A DNA stretch of 64,000 nt from the human T2T-CHM13v2.0 reference genome, Homo sapiens: NCBI RefSeq assembly GCF_009914755.1, contig NC_060931.1. The stretch is one strand, 5' to 3'. The notes under the pieces are model-generated. The model did no database searches, had not been told where the DNA came from, and saw nothing but the letters and a program-made list of their open reading frames with translations. This document shows positions 25,496 through 41,015 of the stretch, in pieces. The position numbers and the translations under genes are program-made. Within the stretch, counting starts at the first letter, position 1, and every line of letters begins with the position of its first letter.

Positions 25496-27319
25496 TTGTT
25501 GAAGAGTCATAACATAGGGAGAATGTGTTGGGGTGGAGGCAAAGATTCCCTCGCCCCCTTCTCATCCCCAGATACAACTCTGCAGTTGGAGTAATGTATT
25601 TAGTTTAATGTTTTGTTTGCACACAAGCACGCATTTCATAATTTATTTTGCTGCATTGGGCTTCTGAGCTAAGGGACTAAAATGGTAATTTCCCATTTTT
25701 TCTTCACAGAAAAGAGCCAGGCTTTTGCATCCTTAATTTCTGTGCTCCCTTGCGCCATGGGGAATGATCAGCTTTTCTGTGTCTTACAGGCTACTGAAAA
25801 GACCACCATCTTCCCAGGTCTTTATCTGGTTGTTCAGGACCCATCTAGGGAGCGTCAGGGGTTGCACAAAATGGAGAGGGTTTGGAGCAGCGGGGTGCAT
25901 CGTAGGAACTTGAGATGAGGCTTTTGAAGGGCTGGAAGAAGTTGCGGCCTTAATGCTAGGAAGGGTTTGGGGTTGGTGGATTTTGTGGGGCCCCATTGAG
26001 ATATTATGTTAATACCTGGGAGAAAGAGGGAGCCCCTGGTTGTAGCAAAGGTTTTCAAGGCAGGGTCTGTGGTTAGCAGGGAGGTGCCCCATTCATGCAC
26101 ACTATGGCAGGTGGTGGGGAGAAGTGCCCTCCTAGGATATCCAACCAACACTGGCAGTGGCAGCGACATGACAAAAGGCGCACCCAAGACAACCACCATG
26201 GGTTAAGGAACAGGCTGCATCTTTATTTTTCAGGACCAGCTAAGCTTCCTGTCCTTGTGCCAGTCACTGAAGGGAGCAGAGGGAGCCTGGGCTTAGGGGG
26301 CAGGGGAGGAATAAGCACTCAGAGCTGGGCATGAGTCAGCTGGAAAGAAACAAAGAAGCGTGTCACTGCCCACACCTTTAATAAGTGCCTTGGAATGCTC
26401 CCGGCTCTCACAGTGGCGCATGTTTTACTCTGCATCCCATCTGTGGCTTCTATTGTCTTCTCACACTGTGGGACACTTAAGGAGATGTGACAGATGGCTG
26501 TGTGTGTGCTCCGTCCCTACAGGCAGTGTGCATTTTTAAAAATTCCTTTTTCTTTAGTGAAAAAAAAATGATTTTTCTTTATAGCAAAAGCAATACATTG
26601 TTTTGCTATTGTAGAAAAGTATGAGAAGAAAATGAAAGTCTCCCATAATGCAACAGTGATTCAGATAATCACTATTACCGTTTTCATGTATTTCCTTCCC
26701 AGGGTTCCTCCCGCATTGTTTAATCTGTCCTTAGCCACGGTTCCTCTTCAGGTCTCGCTGCCCCGAGTGAGCTGATGGACCTGTGGTCAACCTTTCACAT
26801 TCCCCAGGCACAGGTTCCCACAGTAGCACACTGAATTAGGAAGGTGGCATGTGACACAGAACAGAGAAAAAGCTTACCTGCCTACAGGGGACATCGACTT
26901 ACCACTGTCTCAGCTGATTCCTCACCAACCACACCTAATCTCGATCCAGGCAGTTTAGTTGCCATTGAGCTGGTTTCAAAAGTTTATCGGAACTTACACA
27001 ACATTTATTTTTAAAAACAAGATTGTAAGGGTGGTTAGGTTGGCAGGCCAGCTCACAAAAACTGAGGTGACCAACAAGGTAACTTAGAAATCATTGATAA
27101 CAGTTCTGAACACAGATTCTAACCCCTTCTAAATTCTGGTCTCTCTGAGACTCAAGTGCCATGTCTGGAATCCCTCCCCCTTATTTGGGGCCCCTCTAAA
27201 TCTCCATGGTGTGTAGGTTCCACTAGGCAGATGGCAGTGAAAGATCAAAAGCAAGGTGAGAGAACTCAGATGGGAGCGGCATGGTATCATCTACGAGTGC
27301 ACTGCTGCTCATTTGGGAG

Positions 27320-27810
<491 letters not shown>

Positions 27811-27874
27811 CATTTGTCAGACTTGAGAATGACATATCTTACAGATGCCCACTGCTGATGTGAACTATTTATGT

Positions 27875-28015
27875 TAGACCACAAATAACTGATAAGTATG
27901 TGAGTTAATACATATGTTAATTAGCTTGATTCAGCCATTTCACAATGTGTACATATTTCAAAACATGTTGTGCACCATAAATATATAAAACTTTTATTTG
28001 TCAATTTAAAAAACA
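27875..28015 (+). mobile_element. L1MA 3' terminal fragment
   Basis: gataagtatgtgag...ttaattagcttgattcagccatttcacaatgtgtacatatttcaaaacat. Confidence 0.75.
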
Positions 28016-31000
28016 ACAATTCTTCCATACTGACAAATAGACTCTTACACAACTATAAAGCCAAAGGCAAGTTTACAAATAAATAAAAACCAAAAACAAG
28101 CCAACAAAGTTAAAACTGAAGTGTGTTGGATGATGTTATTTTGCTGAAATTAATTGAGCTTCTCGAAATGTTGGTTTCTAGTGATACCAGGACATGGTTC
28201 TTTAGAGCTTGGCATCCTTAGACTACCATATACTCAATGATGATTTTACTCACCCAAACCTTTCCTTAGTCTAGTGGTTGTAAACTGGAGGACCGTAGGC
28301 TGTATGTAGTCCGTGAACATGTTTTATTTAATTCTCACAGTGTTAATTTTTTCAATTTATTGCTATTATAGAAGAATTTAAAATTTTTATGTAAAATTTG
28401 CCTTTCCAGCTTCTCTTGAAAAGCTGGAAAATCAAGCCCCACAGGGTCCATATTTCCAAGAGGCCACAAGGTCGAAGCTGAACAATAGCCCCTAGAAGCC
28501 TGAGCCTGGGCTTCTAGTCTGCCCCTGACTCCACACCACCAGCTTCATTCATTCATGGACCCTACCAACTCCTATAGGCATTTAGGTTTGTGATGCCTTC
28601 TCTATGTGGGTTAGTGAAAAGCATCTGTCCTTTCTTCACCAGCCAGTGACAATTAAAACAGCACTTCCAGATACCAACAAAAGATAAGAAACCCAAGTGC
28701 CAACAGTTGCTGAAATGAGCAGTCCATAGCTCTAAGGTGCCCATCCAGAAGACCTGGCCAATACACTTCTGTGAGAGCATTTTGAAATTATTATTGAAAT
28801 AGAAATAAAAAATGTTTAAAGTATCTTAGGGAATTCTTAGTCCCTCTGGGATCCCTGAACCCCAGTTTGAGAACCACTGAGTTAAGGATGTCAAGGACTT
28901 AGAACAGTGCCTGGAATAGAGAAAAGACCTAATAAAAAGGCAGGGTGAGGATCTGGATGGCAAAGCCTGAACAATGGGAGAGCGAGTGCTCTCTATGGGC
29001 TGCCCACCTGACTCTCGAGCCACTGGGGTATGTTCACTGACGTTCAACTTCTGGTTCACAATGGTTTGCAGAGCCCCTTCTTTGGGATTGTCCTCCACTC
29101 TGAGAGCTCTATCCTTAAGATTTCATCCTCCTGGACTTTATTACAGGGACCAGGGTAGCAGAAGAGGGCTCCTCCCTTCCTCCCTCGGAAAAGACACCAC
29201 ACACTTTTAGCTTCTTGGAGTCACTGCATTCAGCTCGTTAATCTGTGCCTTGTGGAAATTTGGATACACAATTGGAGTCAGGGCCTCCTGGAAATCAACT
29301 GGGTAAGGCATTTGCTGATTTGTTTCACATCACTTTACAAAAGGGGGTGGGAGAGTTAGGTGAGATACTGTGCTTATTTGATTTGAACAGTCTTAGAGAA
29401 ATCACCAATACCAGAGAAAGGTAGGAGTATAGGCCTGGTGATCACTCGCCAGAATCACAGGATGCCATTGCGCATTGTCTAGGGTAGGGACACATTTCTA
29501 AATCCAAAGTGCCCAATAATAATCAGGATCAGGTTGATCACTAGCAAAGGGTGAGCCCATGCATGGCCTGAGCATTGCTGAGAAGTAAATGAAAAGAGAA
29601 AAACCCAAAACTATAAGACGTAGAAGTTCATTTTGCCTTTGTAGATCAAATCGAGTTTCCAGGGCAGGCAACCTTTGGAGAGCCACATCTGAGTGTGCAC
29701 CCTTTGAAGTTTCTTTGCTAGCTTAGGAGGAATGGATAGTAATGAGAATGAAGACTCAAGGAGGGAAACATGGGGAAGAAGTGGTGCCTGAGTCTTGCAG
29801 GAGCTGCCGGAGGAGGCCGGGAGGAAACTACACAGGGCAGAGGAAGGGGAGAGAGGGATGAGAGCCCTTCAAGTACTTCTCTGAGTGTTGGCCAGGGAGA
29901 GAGAGAGAGGCTGCTTAAGGGCAGGACGGTATACAGGATTCACTCACAGAAGCCAGTCAATTCCTCATTGTCAAAACCAACAGCACATGCTACACGGGGC
30001 ACAATCATGCCTAGTCCTACTCCACTATGTCAGCAAAGAGGCTCACCAACCATGGGGAAGAAGCCTTCTCTCCAGTGGCTGGTGCTGCCGAGAACCAAGT
30101 AAGGGACTGTCCATGTGTTATCAATTCAGGTGTCACAAATACACTTGTCGTCCTTACAGTCTGTCCCAGTGGCCAGATGGACATTCCCATAGGAAGAATC
30201 ACACTGTGTCCTCTACGTGGTGATAAACAAAGGTTTGATGAAGTCAGGACATTGTCCTTGAAGGCCTTTGTTGAAGCATACATGTATTACTTAGGAAGGT
30301 CACCTGGGAGCATGTTCTCGGCCACTAACACTTGCCTAAGAATTGCTTTGTTACGTTGACCTAGGGTGGTTTTAGCGAGGGTGAGTGACAGAGGAGGGCG
30401 ACACAGACACAGGAGGGATGAGTCTGCATAGGGAGGAAGGGAAGGAGAAGCAAACAGTCTGCATCCTGGGGTGAAGCGTGAGAAGGAACACAGCGTACTG
30501 CAGGGGTCCTGAGGGCCCAGAGTACTGGAAGATGCTGATCGCCATCTTTGCAGATAGAAGTAACGACCTGCCACTCTTGTCCACTTAACCAGACCTAGTG
30601 AAAGCTCCACCTGCCCGCGGTGACGGAAGGATGCCTCTATACTGATTGCCCAGGACAGCAGCCTGAGGGGACAATGGAGAGGAGAAAGAATCCCTAAGTT
30701 TCCTTTAGAAGCAAACACCTCCCATTTTGCAGATGAATAAACTGAGACTCAGAAAAGTCTTGGACTAAACCAGGGATCCACCCCCCACCCCGCCAAGAAA
30801 AGTAATATTTTATACGTGTTAAGCATTTGCAGGAACTTCTGGGTCTGTTCTCATGAATTTAAACTCTGGACCAGGTCTGTCTGAATTTGCAGAAATATTT
30901 AGTTTCATTTGTGTTTCTTCATGTTAACTCATGTGCTAAGAACAATACCGAGAATTCTCTATGGTATATTTCTGTCATGGGGCCAGCTGTGGAACAAGAA

Positions 31001-31299
31001 ACAGAAGGAACAAGAAGCAAGAAAAGACCTTCAAAGTACCTTCTGACCGGCATTGCTGAATTCCAGAGCCCAGGATTCTGGAGAAAACTCTGCCTTCAGT
31101 TCTCATAAAAATCGGTGAGCCTGGAGGAATGAAAAGTCCTGTAAGTGAGAGAGGACATTTAAACCTAGAGTATAGTTCCTCAGATAAGCATTTCCCTTTA
31201 TTATCCTGGTTTTCTTCACCTGCACAGGAGAAGTGAATTCCAAAGCAATTCTGGTTTTGCACCACTTAATGCTTCAGTAAAAACCTCAGCTTTAGTCGT

Positions 31300-31743
31300 T
31301 GTCATGGGCTGAATCGTGTCCCCATGAAGATATGATGAGGTCTTATTCTCCAGAACCTCAGACGTGACCTTTGAAAATAGGGTCATTGAGATGTAATTAG
31401 TTAGGAAAAGGTCATACTAAAGCAGGTGAGCCCTTAATTTAATATGGCTGGTGTCCTTATTTTAAAAATGATATGAAGATACAAGGGAAGAAGGCCATGT
31501 GATGATGGAGGCAGAGCTTGGGCTGACACAGCCGCAAGCCAAGAAATGCCCAGAGCTGCTGCAACACCAGAAGCCAGACAAGGCCTGGAGCAGATGTAAC
31601 CTCAGAGCCCCCAGGAGAAACCAGTCCTGCTGACACTGTGATTTCAGACCTCCAGCTCCAGAACCATAAGGGAATAAATTTCTGATGTCTTCAACTACCC
31701 AGTTGGCAGTAATTTGTCAGGACAGCCTTAGGACACTAATATA
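31300..31743 (+). mobile_element. ERVL-MaLR solo LTR (MLT1B/C-like)
   Basis: tgtcatgggctgaatcgtgtcccc ... acagccttaggacactaatata, degenerate TSD gtcgt/gtcac. Confidence 0.88.
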
Positions 31744-33059
31744 GTCACCTTGCATAGAATTGGACCCCAGAAAAAAATGAACTGGACATGACCATAACTG
31801 AAAGGTAAGAGACTAGGAAGAGGATTAGCCCCAGTCCCCAAATGGCAAATAGGGGGTCCAAATGCCACCAGTCCCCATTGCTTGCCCTGGTAGACATGAC
31901 TGAATGATTAGGGTCCTCTCCCACAGGGCCAGGCTAAGGCCTTGCAGGACTTAGCACAGTGCTTCAGCTGCCACTAAGTTCGGAGATTCTTGCCCTCTTC
32001 TATTCACTCTGCTTCAAGTTATACTTTAGCTCCCTTGTACTTCCTTAATCTACTGTCGACTCTTTTTCTAAGTTTTTAGTGAGCACTGGGTAAATTGTAA
32101 CACCAGAAAAATTGCACGGCTGGGTGACAGGATGGGATGTAGGGTCCAGCCCAGGGGTGGGGTATGGTTGCCAAGAGAGAGGAAGCCCAGTGTAACCAGG
32201 AAACATGTGGGTTTTATACCCATTCTGCCCCAAAATTTGAACCAACAGGCATGATAGACAGCATTCAAAAAGACAACGCTGCAAGTATCTAAGCGTGAAG
32301 TCTTTGTTCTTGCTTGGCCAATTAAAAGCAAAACTGTTTTTCTTTTAAGGCAAAAAGAAACCTAAATAATACTCCAGTCTTTAACAAAGCTGTCTGCAGA
32401 AGCAAAGAGTTTGCGCAGTCTGAGTTTTTACTAATGTGCATTGCCTTGCCGCAGGCTCGTTCCCGGCATGGTATGAAAACCTGTATGTACTCCAGTTCTC
32501 CTTGCTGTGCCGCCTGTGGACAGCGGCATCAGTGTTTTGCTGGCCAACATTTTTCTGCCTTTCATCTCACTGCTGTTCTACTGACACTAATCTCAAATGA
32601 ACTTTAAACAAAGGCTTGTCTTGTCATTGCACCCACTTAACTTGCTGCAATCTGTCTGTTGTCACATTTCTGTCTGTCCTTAGATCTTCGGGATAAACTG
32701 ACTTTAAATGTGATCAGACCTTATGTCTCTTCATCTGTCATCTTCATGCCCTTCACACTGACATGCAGTGTGCACCTTTTTAACCATGTGTTTACTGCTG
32801 GTGCCATTTTCTCCCCATTTACTTCCTACCATTCTGATATTTGCATTGCATTAATATGCAAATTAAACAAAATGAAATGCTTCTTAATTCAGTTGAGAAT
32901 TCACGGTTCTAAGCCTGAAGGCTGGCTGATTTATTTTTAAACAGATTTTTATAACTCCAAGTTTTGCTGCTGTGTCAGAAAACAAGAACATCCCCAGATG
33001 TTTTCTGCCTTTTCTTTTTCCCTTCCTTCCTCTTTCTGTTTCTTACTTCAATTCATATT

Positions 33060-33305
33060 TATTTATTTACTGACATTAAAACATACAGAAAATTTACCAT
33101 TGTAACCATGTTAAAGGGCACCATTCAGGGGCAATAAGTGCGTTCACATTGCTGCCCAACCCTTGCCTTTTTCCATTTCCAGAACTTCTTTATCATCCCA
33201 AACAGGAACTGTGTACCCATGCAAAATAACCCTCAAGTTCTCCCAATACCCTAGGCTCTGGCAACCACCATTCTACTTTTCATTTCTATGAATTTAAATT
33301 CTTTA
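33060..33305 (-). mobile_element. L1MB-type 3' end fragment, antisense
   Basis: aaaatttaccattgtaacc...ttcacattg...ttccagaacttctttatcatcccaaac...ctggcaaccaccattctacttt. Confidence 0.75.
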
Positions 33306-33854
33306 TTTCTTCTAAAATTACTGTTACATTATGTGGGCAAAGTCATACTGATAATACATTTATAAAAGTTAATCAATTACTCTTACCTCACACCAGACAC
33401 AAAAACTAACTCAGAATGGACCTCAGCACAGATCTAAACAAATGTGAAAGCTAAACTAAGATGTCTAGAAAAAAACACAGAAAACAATTTTGCAATCTTA
33501 AGGTAGGCAAAAGTTTCTTAGGATACACACACACACACACACACACACACACCAACCCATAAAAGAAAAAAAATGAATTAAACTTTGCACTTTGAAAGAC
33601 ACTATGCAATAGAATGGAGAAAACATTCACAGTACATTTGTCTGACAAAAGATTTGTATACAGAAAACATAAACAAGTATTACAACTCAATAAAAAGAAG
33701 AAAAACAACAAATTTTTAAAAACAGATACAGATTTGAAAAGACATTTGATAAAAGAGGATACATAAATGACCAATTAGCTCATAAAAAATGTTTCATATA
33801 ATTAGTCGTTAACTAAAATAAAAATTAAAGATGGCTAAAATTCCTTTTGTAGCT

Positions 33855-34128
33855 TTTTTGAGGTATAAATGACAAATAAAAATGATGTATGTTCAAGGTG
33901 TACAACATGATGATTTCATACATGTATACATTGTGAAATGATTACCACAATTAAATTAATTAACACACTCACCTCACATAGTTACCATTGTGTGTGTGTG
34001 CATTTATGTGTGTGTGGTGAGGACACTTAAGATTTATTTTTAGCAATTTCAAGTATATAATACCGTATCATTAACTATAGTCACCATGCTGTACATAATA
34101 TCCTCAGAACTTATTCATTTTATAACTA
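33855..34128 (-). mobile_element. L1MA9/10-like 3' fragment, antisense, nested
   Basis: gaggtataaatgacaaataaaa...aaggtgtacaacatgatg...ttaactatagtcaccatgctgtaca. Confidence 0.8.
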
Positions 34129-34571
34129 CAAATGGTTGAAATTTAAAAGACTGACAATACAAAGTATTGACAAGGATGTGATGCAATTGGAACTCTCATA
34201 CATTGCTGGTAGAACTGTGAAATGGCATGGACATTCTGGCAATTTATTTAAAAATTAAAGCATTCAGATTTCCAGTCCAAGATGTAAGGCGCTTAGGAGC
34301 CACTTCATCCTAACAACAAGTAAAATGCTGAACAAACTGAAAAATCAACAACTGTGATCTGTCATTGAAGTGGGGTCACAAGGCAAATTACTTTAAAAAT
34401 TGAAGAGACAGACAAGTGGATACAGAGAATCACAAGTTACCAGAGCAGAAACCCACAAACAGAAAGCCCCGTGGAAACCAATGCTGAGATAGAAAAACTT
34501 GAAGTATAACTGATGAATCGCTGGAGGCTTAGTGTGAATAAGTCTATGAGTTAAAAACTCCAGGGGGACCT

Positions 34572-34914
<343 letters not shown>

Positions 34915-36992
34915 TTATGCCCTGGAGCTCTACCAGGTTCTCACAGCAAGGATCAGAGAAAAATCCTCTTGTGTTTTCACCAGGGAGAGAAAAGTGGCCA
35001 TTTTGAAATATACCGGCCTTCTTAAGAAGTACTGTCCTAATAAGAAACTGTTTCACTAGAGCCTAAGCTATTGCGTTTTTGCCAGAGCCTAACCAAACTG
35101 AGGGAAAGTAATTATCCAACTCCAGCCCCTTCAGCCATCCTTTCTCACCTAAGGTGGGTAAAAGAAACTGAGAGGAATTTGTAAAGTTTCTAGCCAAGGG
35201 ACGGAGGTTCACTAGAGGACTGAGACCTAAACATAGGACTGTAGAGCAGGTCCTCTTTCCCCACTGTGTACTACCATATTACTAAAGGTTTATTTACTGT
35301 GGTTCCTTTCACCCAGTACTTCATGTCTGGCTTTCTACAAAAAAATTACAAGGTGTACAAAAAGGCAAAATGACAACAACAAAAAACAAAAACAAAAACC
35401 AAACTAACAAAAAAACACAAAAGCACAGTTTGAGGAGACAGGGCAAGCATCAGAACCAGATTCAGATATGCAGGAATATAGAAATTATCAGATTGTGAAT
35501 TCAAAAATCACAGTTGTGATTAATATGCTAAGGGATCTAATGGGGAAAAAAAGGCAGCATGCAAGAACAGATGGATAATGTAAGCAGAGAGATGAAAACT
35601 CTAAGAAAAATCAAAAAGAAATGCCAGGAATTTTTTAAAAACTGTAACAGAAATAAAGAATGCCTTCGATGAGCTTATTAATAGACAGACTGTACATGGC
35701 TGAGGAAAGAATCTCTGAGCTTGAGGATATGTCAATAGAAACATCCAAAACTAAAAAGCAAAGAGAAAAAAAGACTAAAAATAAAAAATATAAAAGGAAC
35801 AAGATCTGTGAGACAGCTACAAAAGGTGTAAATCCATGTAATTGGAATACCAGAAGGAGAGGAAAGAAAAGAAGGAAGGAACAGGGGAAATGTTTGAAGC
35901 AACGATGACTGAGAATTTTCCCAAGTTAATGTCAGAATACCAGGAAGAATAAATGCCAAAAATCAACTACACCTAAATATGCCATGTTCAAATGGCAGAA
36001 AATCAAAGACAAAGAAAACATCTTGCAAGAAGACAGAGGAGAAAAGGATTCAAACTACAGAGAAGCAAAGATAAGAATTACATCTAACTTCTCCTCAGAA
36101 ACCATGTAAACAAGAAGAGAGTGTAGTAAAATATTTAAAGTGTTGAGAGAAAAAAACCACCAATCTAGAGTTCTATATCCTGCAAAATTATCCCTCAAAA
36201 GTGAGAGAAAAATAACAACTTTCTCAGACAAACAAACATTGAGGGAAATTTGTTGCCAGTAAATCTGCCTTTGCAAGAAAGTTAAAAGAAATTCTTCAGA
36301 GAGAAGAAAATCAACATAGGTCAGAAACTTGAATCTACATAAAGAATGAAAGAGCATTAGAGAAAGAATAAGTGAAGGTAAATTTTAACAGTTATTTTTT
36401 CTTATTTTTAACTGATCTAACAGACTAGAGTTTGTTCAAAATAGTAATATCAACGTCTTCAATTTTGTGTGCTTATGTATGTGTGCGTGTGCACATGCAT
36501 GAGCTTATGTATATGTAAAGTTAATGGCAACAATAATACAGGGTCAAAAGAAAATAACTAAAAATATATTATTATAAGGTACTTGTACCACTTGTGACAG
36601 TATAGTACAATTTGGAAGTGGATTTGGATTAGTTGTAAGTGTATATTGATAACTCTAGGATAACCACTAAAAACTTTTTTTTAAAAAAAGGTATAATTGG
36701 TATGCTAAGAAAGGAGAGAAAATTGAATCATATAAAATGAATTCTGCTATAAAAACCATATGGCAGAAAAAGAGATGAAGACAAAAATAAAAACGAAGAA
36801 TGAGGGCAATGAATAAAAAATAGTGACAAGTAGGATAGCTATTAATCCAATATACCAATAATCTCTTTAAATGGCAATGGTCTAAATAGATAAATTAAAA
36901 GACAGAGATTGTCAGAGCAGATCAAAAAGCAAGATTCAACTCTATGTTGTCTATAAGAAACTCACTTTAAATATAAAGACACATACAGGTCA

Positions 36993-37298
<306 letters not shown>

Positions 37299-40200
37299 AT
37301 GATGGAGAAAGATATACCATGTTAACATTAATCAAAAGAAAGCTGGGGTAACTATATTAATTTCAGACTAAGTAGGGTTCAGAGCAAGGAAAATTATCAG
37401 TGATGAAGAGGGTTATTACATAATGATAAAAGGATCAATTCTTTAAGAAACAAAACAATCCTTATTGTGTATGTGCTTAACAACAAAGTATCAAAATATG
37501 TGAGGCAAAGACTGATAGAACAGCAAAAACAAATACATGAATGCATTATTATAGTCGGAGACCTCTATCAGAAATGAACATATGCAGCAGCCAGAAAATC
37601 AGTAAGGGTATAGCTTATCTCAGTGACATCATCAATCAACTGGATATAATTGACATCTATAGACTACTTCATTCAACAACAGCACGATGCACATTCTTCT
37701 CAAGCTCGCATGGAACATACACCAACATAGACCACATTCCGGGCCATGAAACACATCTTAACAATTAAAAAAAAAATAAAAATGATACAGTGTCTGCTTT
37801 CAGACCACAATGAAATTAAATTAAAATTGACAACATAAAGATACCAGGAAAATTCCCAGATACTTAGAGATTAAATAACACATTTCTAAATAACACATAG
37901 GTCAAATAAGAAATCTCAAGAGAAGTTTTAAAATATTTTTTAACTAAATGGAAATGAAAATACAACTTCTCAAAATTTATGAGATGCAGTGAAAGAAGTG
38001 CTGAGAGAGAAATGTATAGCATTGAATGCATATTTAGAAGAGAAAAAAGATCAAAATCAATAATCTAAGCTTCCACCTTAGGAAATTATTTAAAAAAACA
38101 AGCAAACTCAATCCAAAGTAAGCAAAGAAAAGAAATGATAGAAATTAGAGCAAACATCAATGAAATTGTAAACACAAAATCAATAGAGAAAATCAAACCA
38201 TAAGCTGATTCTTTGAAAATATCAATAATAAAATTGATAAGTGTCTAAACCAGACTAATGAAGAAAAAAAAGAAATAACACAAACTACTAATATTAAAAA
38301 TAAAAGGGGATATCACTACAGGTCCTGTGGATATTAAAAGAATAACAAAGGAATACTTTGAACAACTCTTCCCACAAATTTCATAAGCTGATAAAATGGA
38401 TGAATTCCTTGAAAGACAAAATCTGCCAAAATTCACACAAGAAGAAATAGACAATCTGAATAGGCCTATATCTATTAAAGAAATTGAGTAACAGTTAATA
38501 ACTTTCCAAAACAGAAAGTGCCAAGCCCAGGTAGGTTCATGGGTGAATTTTTCCAAAATTTAAGGAAAAAATCATACCAGTTCTCTACAATCTATTTCAG
38601 AAAATAGTGGCAGAGTGAATACTTTCTAACTCATTATATGAGGCTAGCATTACCCTCATACTAAAACCAAAGACATTACAAGGAAAGGAAACTACAGACC
38701 AACACTTCTCATAAACATAGATGCAAAAATTTTCAAAAAAATTTGGCAAATCAAATCCAACAATGTATAAAAAGAATTATACTCCATGACCAAGTGGGAT
38801 TTATCTCAGGTATGCAAGTCTGGTCCAATATTCAAAAATCAATTAATGTAATTCATTACACCAAAAAGCTAAAGAAGAAAATCACATGATCGTATAAATA
38901 GATGCAGAAACAGCACCTGAAAAATTCCAACATCTATTCATGATAAAACTCTCAGCAAAGTAGGAATAGAGGGAAACTTCTTTAACTGGATAAGGAACAT
39001 TTGCAAAATACCCACAGCTAGCATCACACTTAATGTTGAGAAACTAGAAGCTTTCTGCTAAGATCAGGAACAATGCAAGGATGTTCTCTTTCACCAATTA
39101 TTTTCAACATCTAACTGGAAGTCCTAACTAATGCAATAAGACAAGAAAAAAAGATATATAGATTGGGAAGGAAGAAATAAAACTGCCATTGTTTGCAAAT
39201 GATATAACTATGTATGTAGAAAATCTGAAAGAATTAACAAAAAACTCCTAGAACTAATAAGTGATGATAGCAAGGTTGCAAGATACAAGGTTAGTATACA
39301 AAAGTCAATCATTTTCCTAAATCCCAGCAATGAATAAGTGGAATTTGAAATTTAAAACACAATACTATTTACCCCAAAAATGAAATACTTAGGTATAAAT
39401 CTAACAAATCATGCACAAGATCTACATGAGGAAGAATGCAAAACTTGGATAAAAGAAATCCTGGACGAACTTAATAAAGAGATGTTCCATGTTCATGGAT
39501 AGGAAGACTCAATGTTGTCAAGATGTCAGTTCTTTCCCAACTTTATCTATAAAGTCAATGTGAAGTCAATGAAATCTTAGCAAGTTAATTTGTGGATACT
39601 GACAAACTGATCTAAAGTTTATATGGAGAGGCAAAAGACCCAGAAGTAGCAAGTCAACATTGAAGAAGAACAAAGTTGGAAGACCAACCCTATGTAATGG
39701 AAGATTTATTATAAAGCTACAGTAATCACAAAAGTGTGGTGCTAGTGAAAGAATAGACAGATAGCTCAATAAAACGGAACAGAGAGCCCAGAAATAGACC
39801 CACATAAATGTGGCTAACTGATCTCTAACACAGAAGCAAAGGCAATACAATGAAGAAAAGATAGTCTTTTCAACAAAGTGGTGCTGGAACAACTGGGTAT
39901 CCACATGCAAAAATATAAATCTAGATACAAACCTTAAACCCATCACAAAAATTAACTCAAAATAGATCACAGACCTAAATGTAAAATGCAAACTATAAAA
40001 CTCATAGAAGATAACATGGGAGAAAGTCTAGATGACCTTGGGTTTGGTGATGACTTTTTAGATGTAACACTAAAGGCACAATCCATGAAAGAAGAAACTG
40101 ACAAAATGGACATCATTAAAATTCAAATGTTCTGCTCTGTGAAAGACACTGCTAAGAGAATAAAAGGATAAGCCATAGACTGGAAGAAAATATTTGCAAA

Positions 40201-40809
40201 GGCATATCTGATAAAGGACTTTATTCAAAATATATAAAAAAAAAAAACCCTTAAAACTCAACAATAAGAAAACAAACATCCTGATGTAAAAATGGGTCAA
40301 AGACTTTAATGGACACTTCACCGAAGAAGACATACAGTTAGCAAATAAGTATATGAAAAGATGTTCCACATCACGTGTCATCAGGGAAATGCAAATTAAC
40401 ACAAGATAACACCACCTACCTATTAGAATGGCCAAAATCCAGAATGCTGATAACACCAAATGCTGACAAGAAGTTAGAGCAACAAGAACTCTCATTCATT
40501 GCTGCTAGGAATGCAAAATGGTAGACACTTTGGAAGATGGTTTTATTACAAAAACAAATATATTCTTATCATATGATCCAGCAGTTATGCTCCTTGGTAT
40601 TTACCCAAAGGAGTTGAAAACTTTCATCCACACGAAAACCTGCCCATGGATATTTACAGAAGCTTTATTCCTAATTTGCCAAAACTTGGAAGCAACCAAG
40701 ATATCCTTCAGTAGGTAAGGAGATAAATAAACTGTGGTACATCCAGATAATGGAATATTATTCAGAACTAAAAAGGAATGAACTATCAAGCCAGAAAAGA
40801 AATGGATGT

Positions 40810-41015
40810 GAGCCTGGGCAACATAGCTAGACCCCATATCTACAAAAACATTAAAAAATTATCCAGGCATGATGGCTCACACTTGTAGTCCTAGCTACTC
40901 AGGAGGCTGAAGCAGGAGGATCACTCAAGCCCAGGAGGTCGAAGCTGCAGTGAGCTATGATTACGCCAATGCACTCCAACCTGGGTGACAGAGCAAGACT
41001 CTGTCTCTAAAAGAA
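40810..41015 (+). mobile_element. 5'-truncated AluJ within the L1 3' region
   Basis: Begins at agcctgggcaacatag, with a complete right arm to gactctgtctctaaaa. Confidence 0.9.

Noticed and set aside
29770-30718. Cluster of overlapping 88-143-aa ORFs, possible processed pseudogene
   Set aside because: No recognisable protein in any frame, and no poly(A) tail or TSD.
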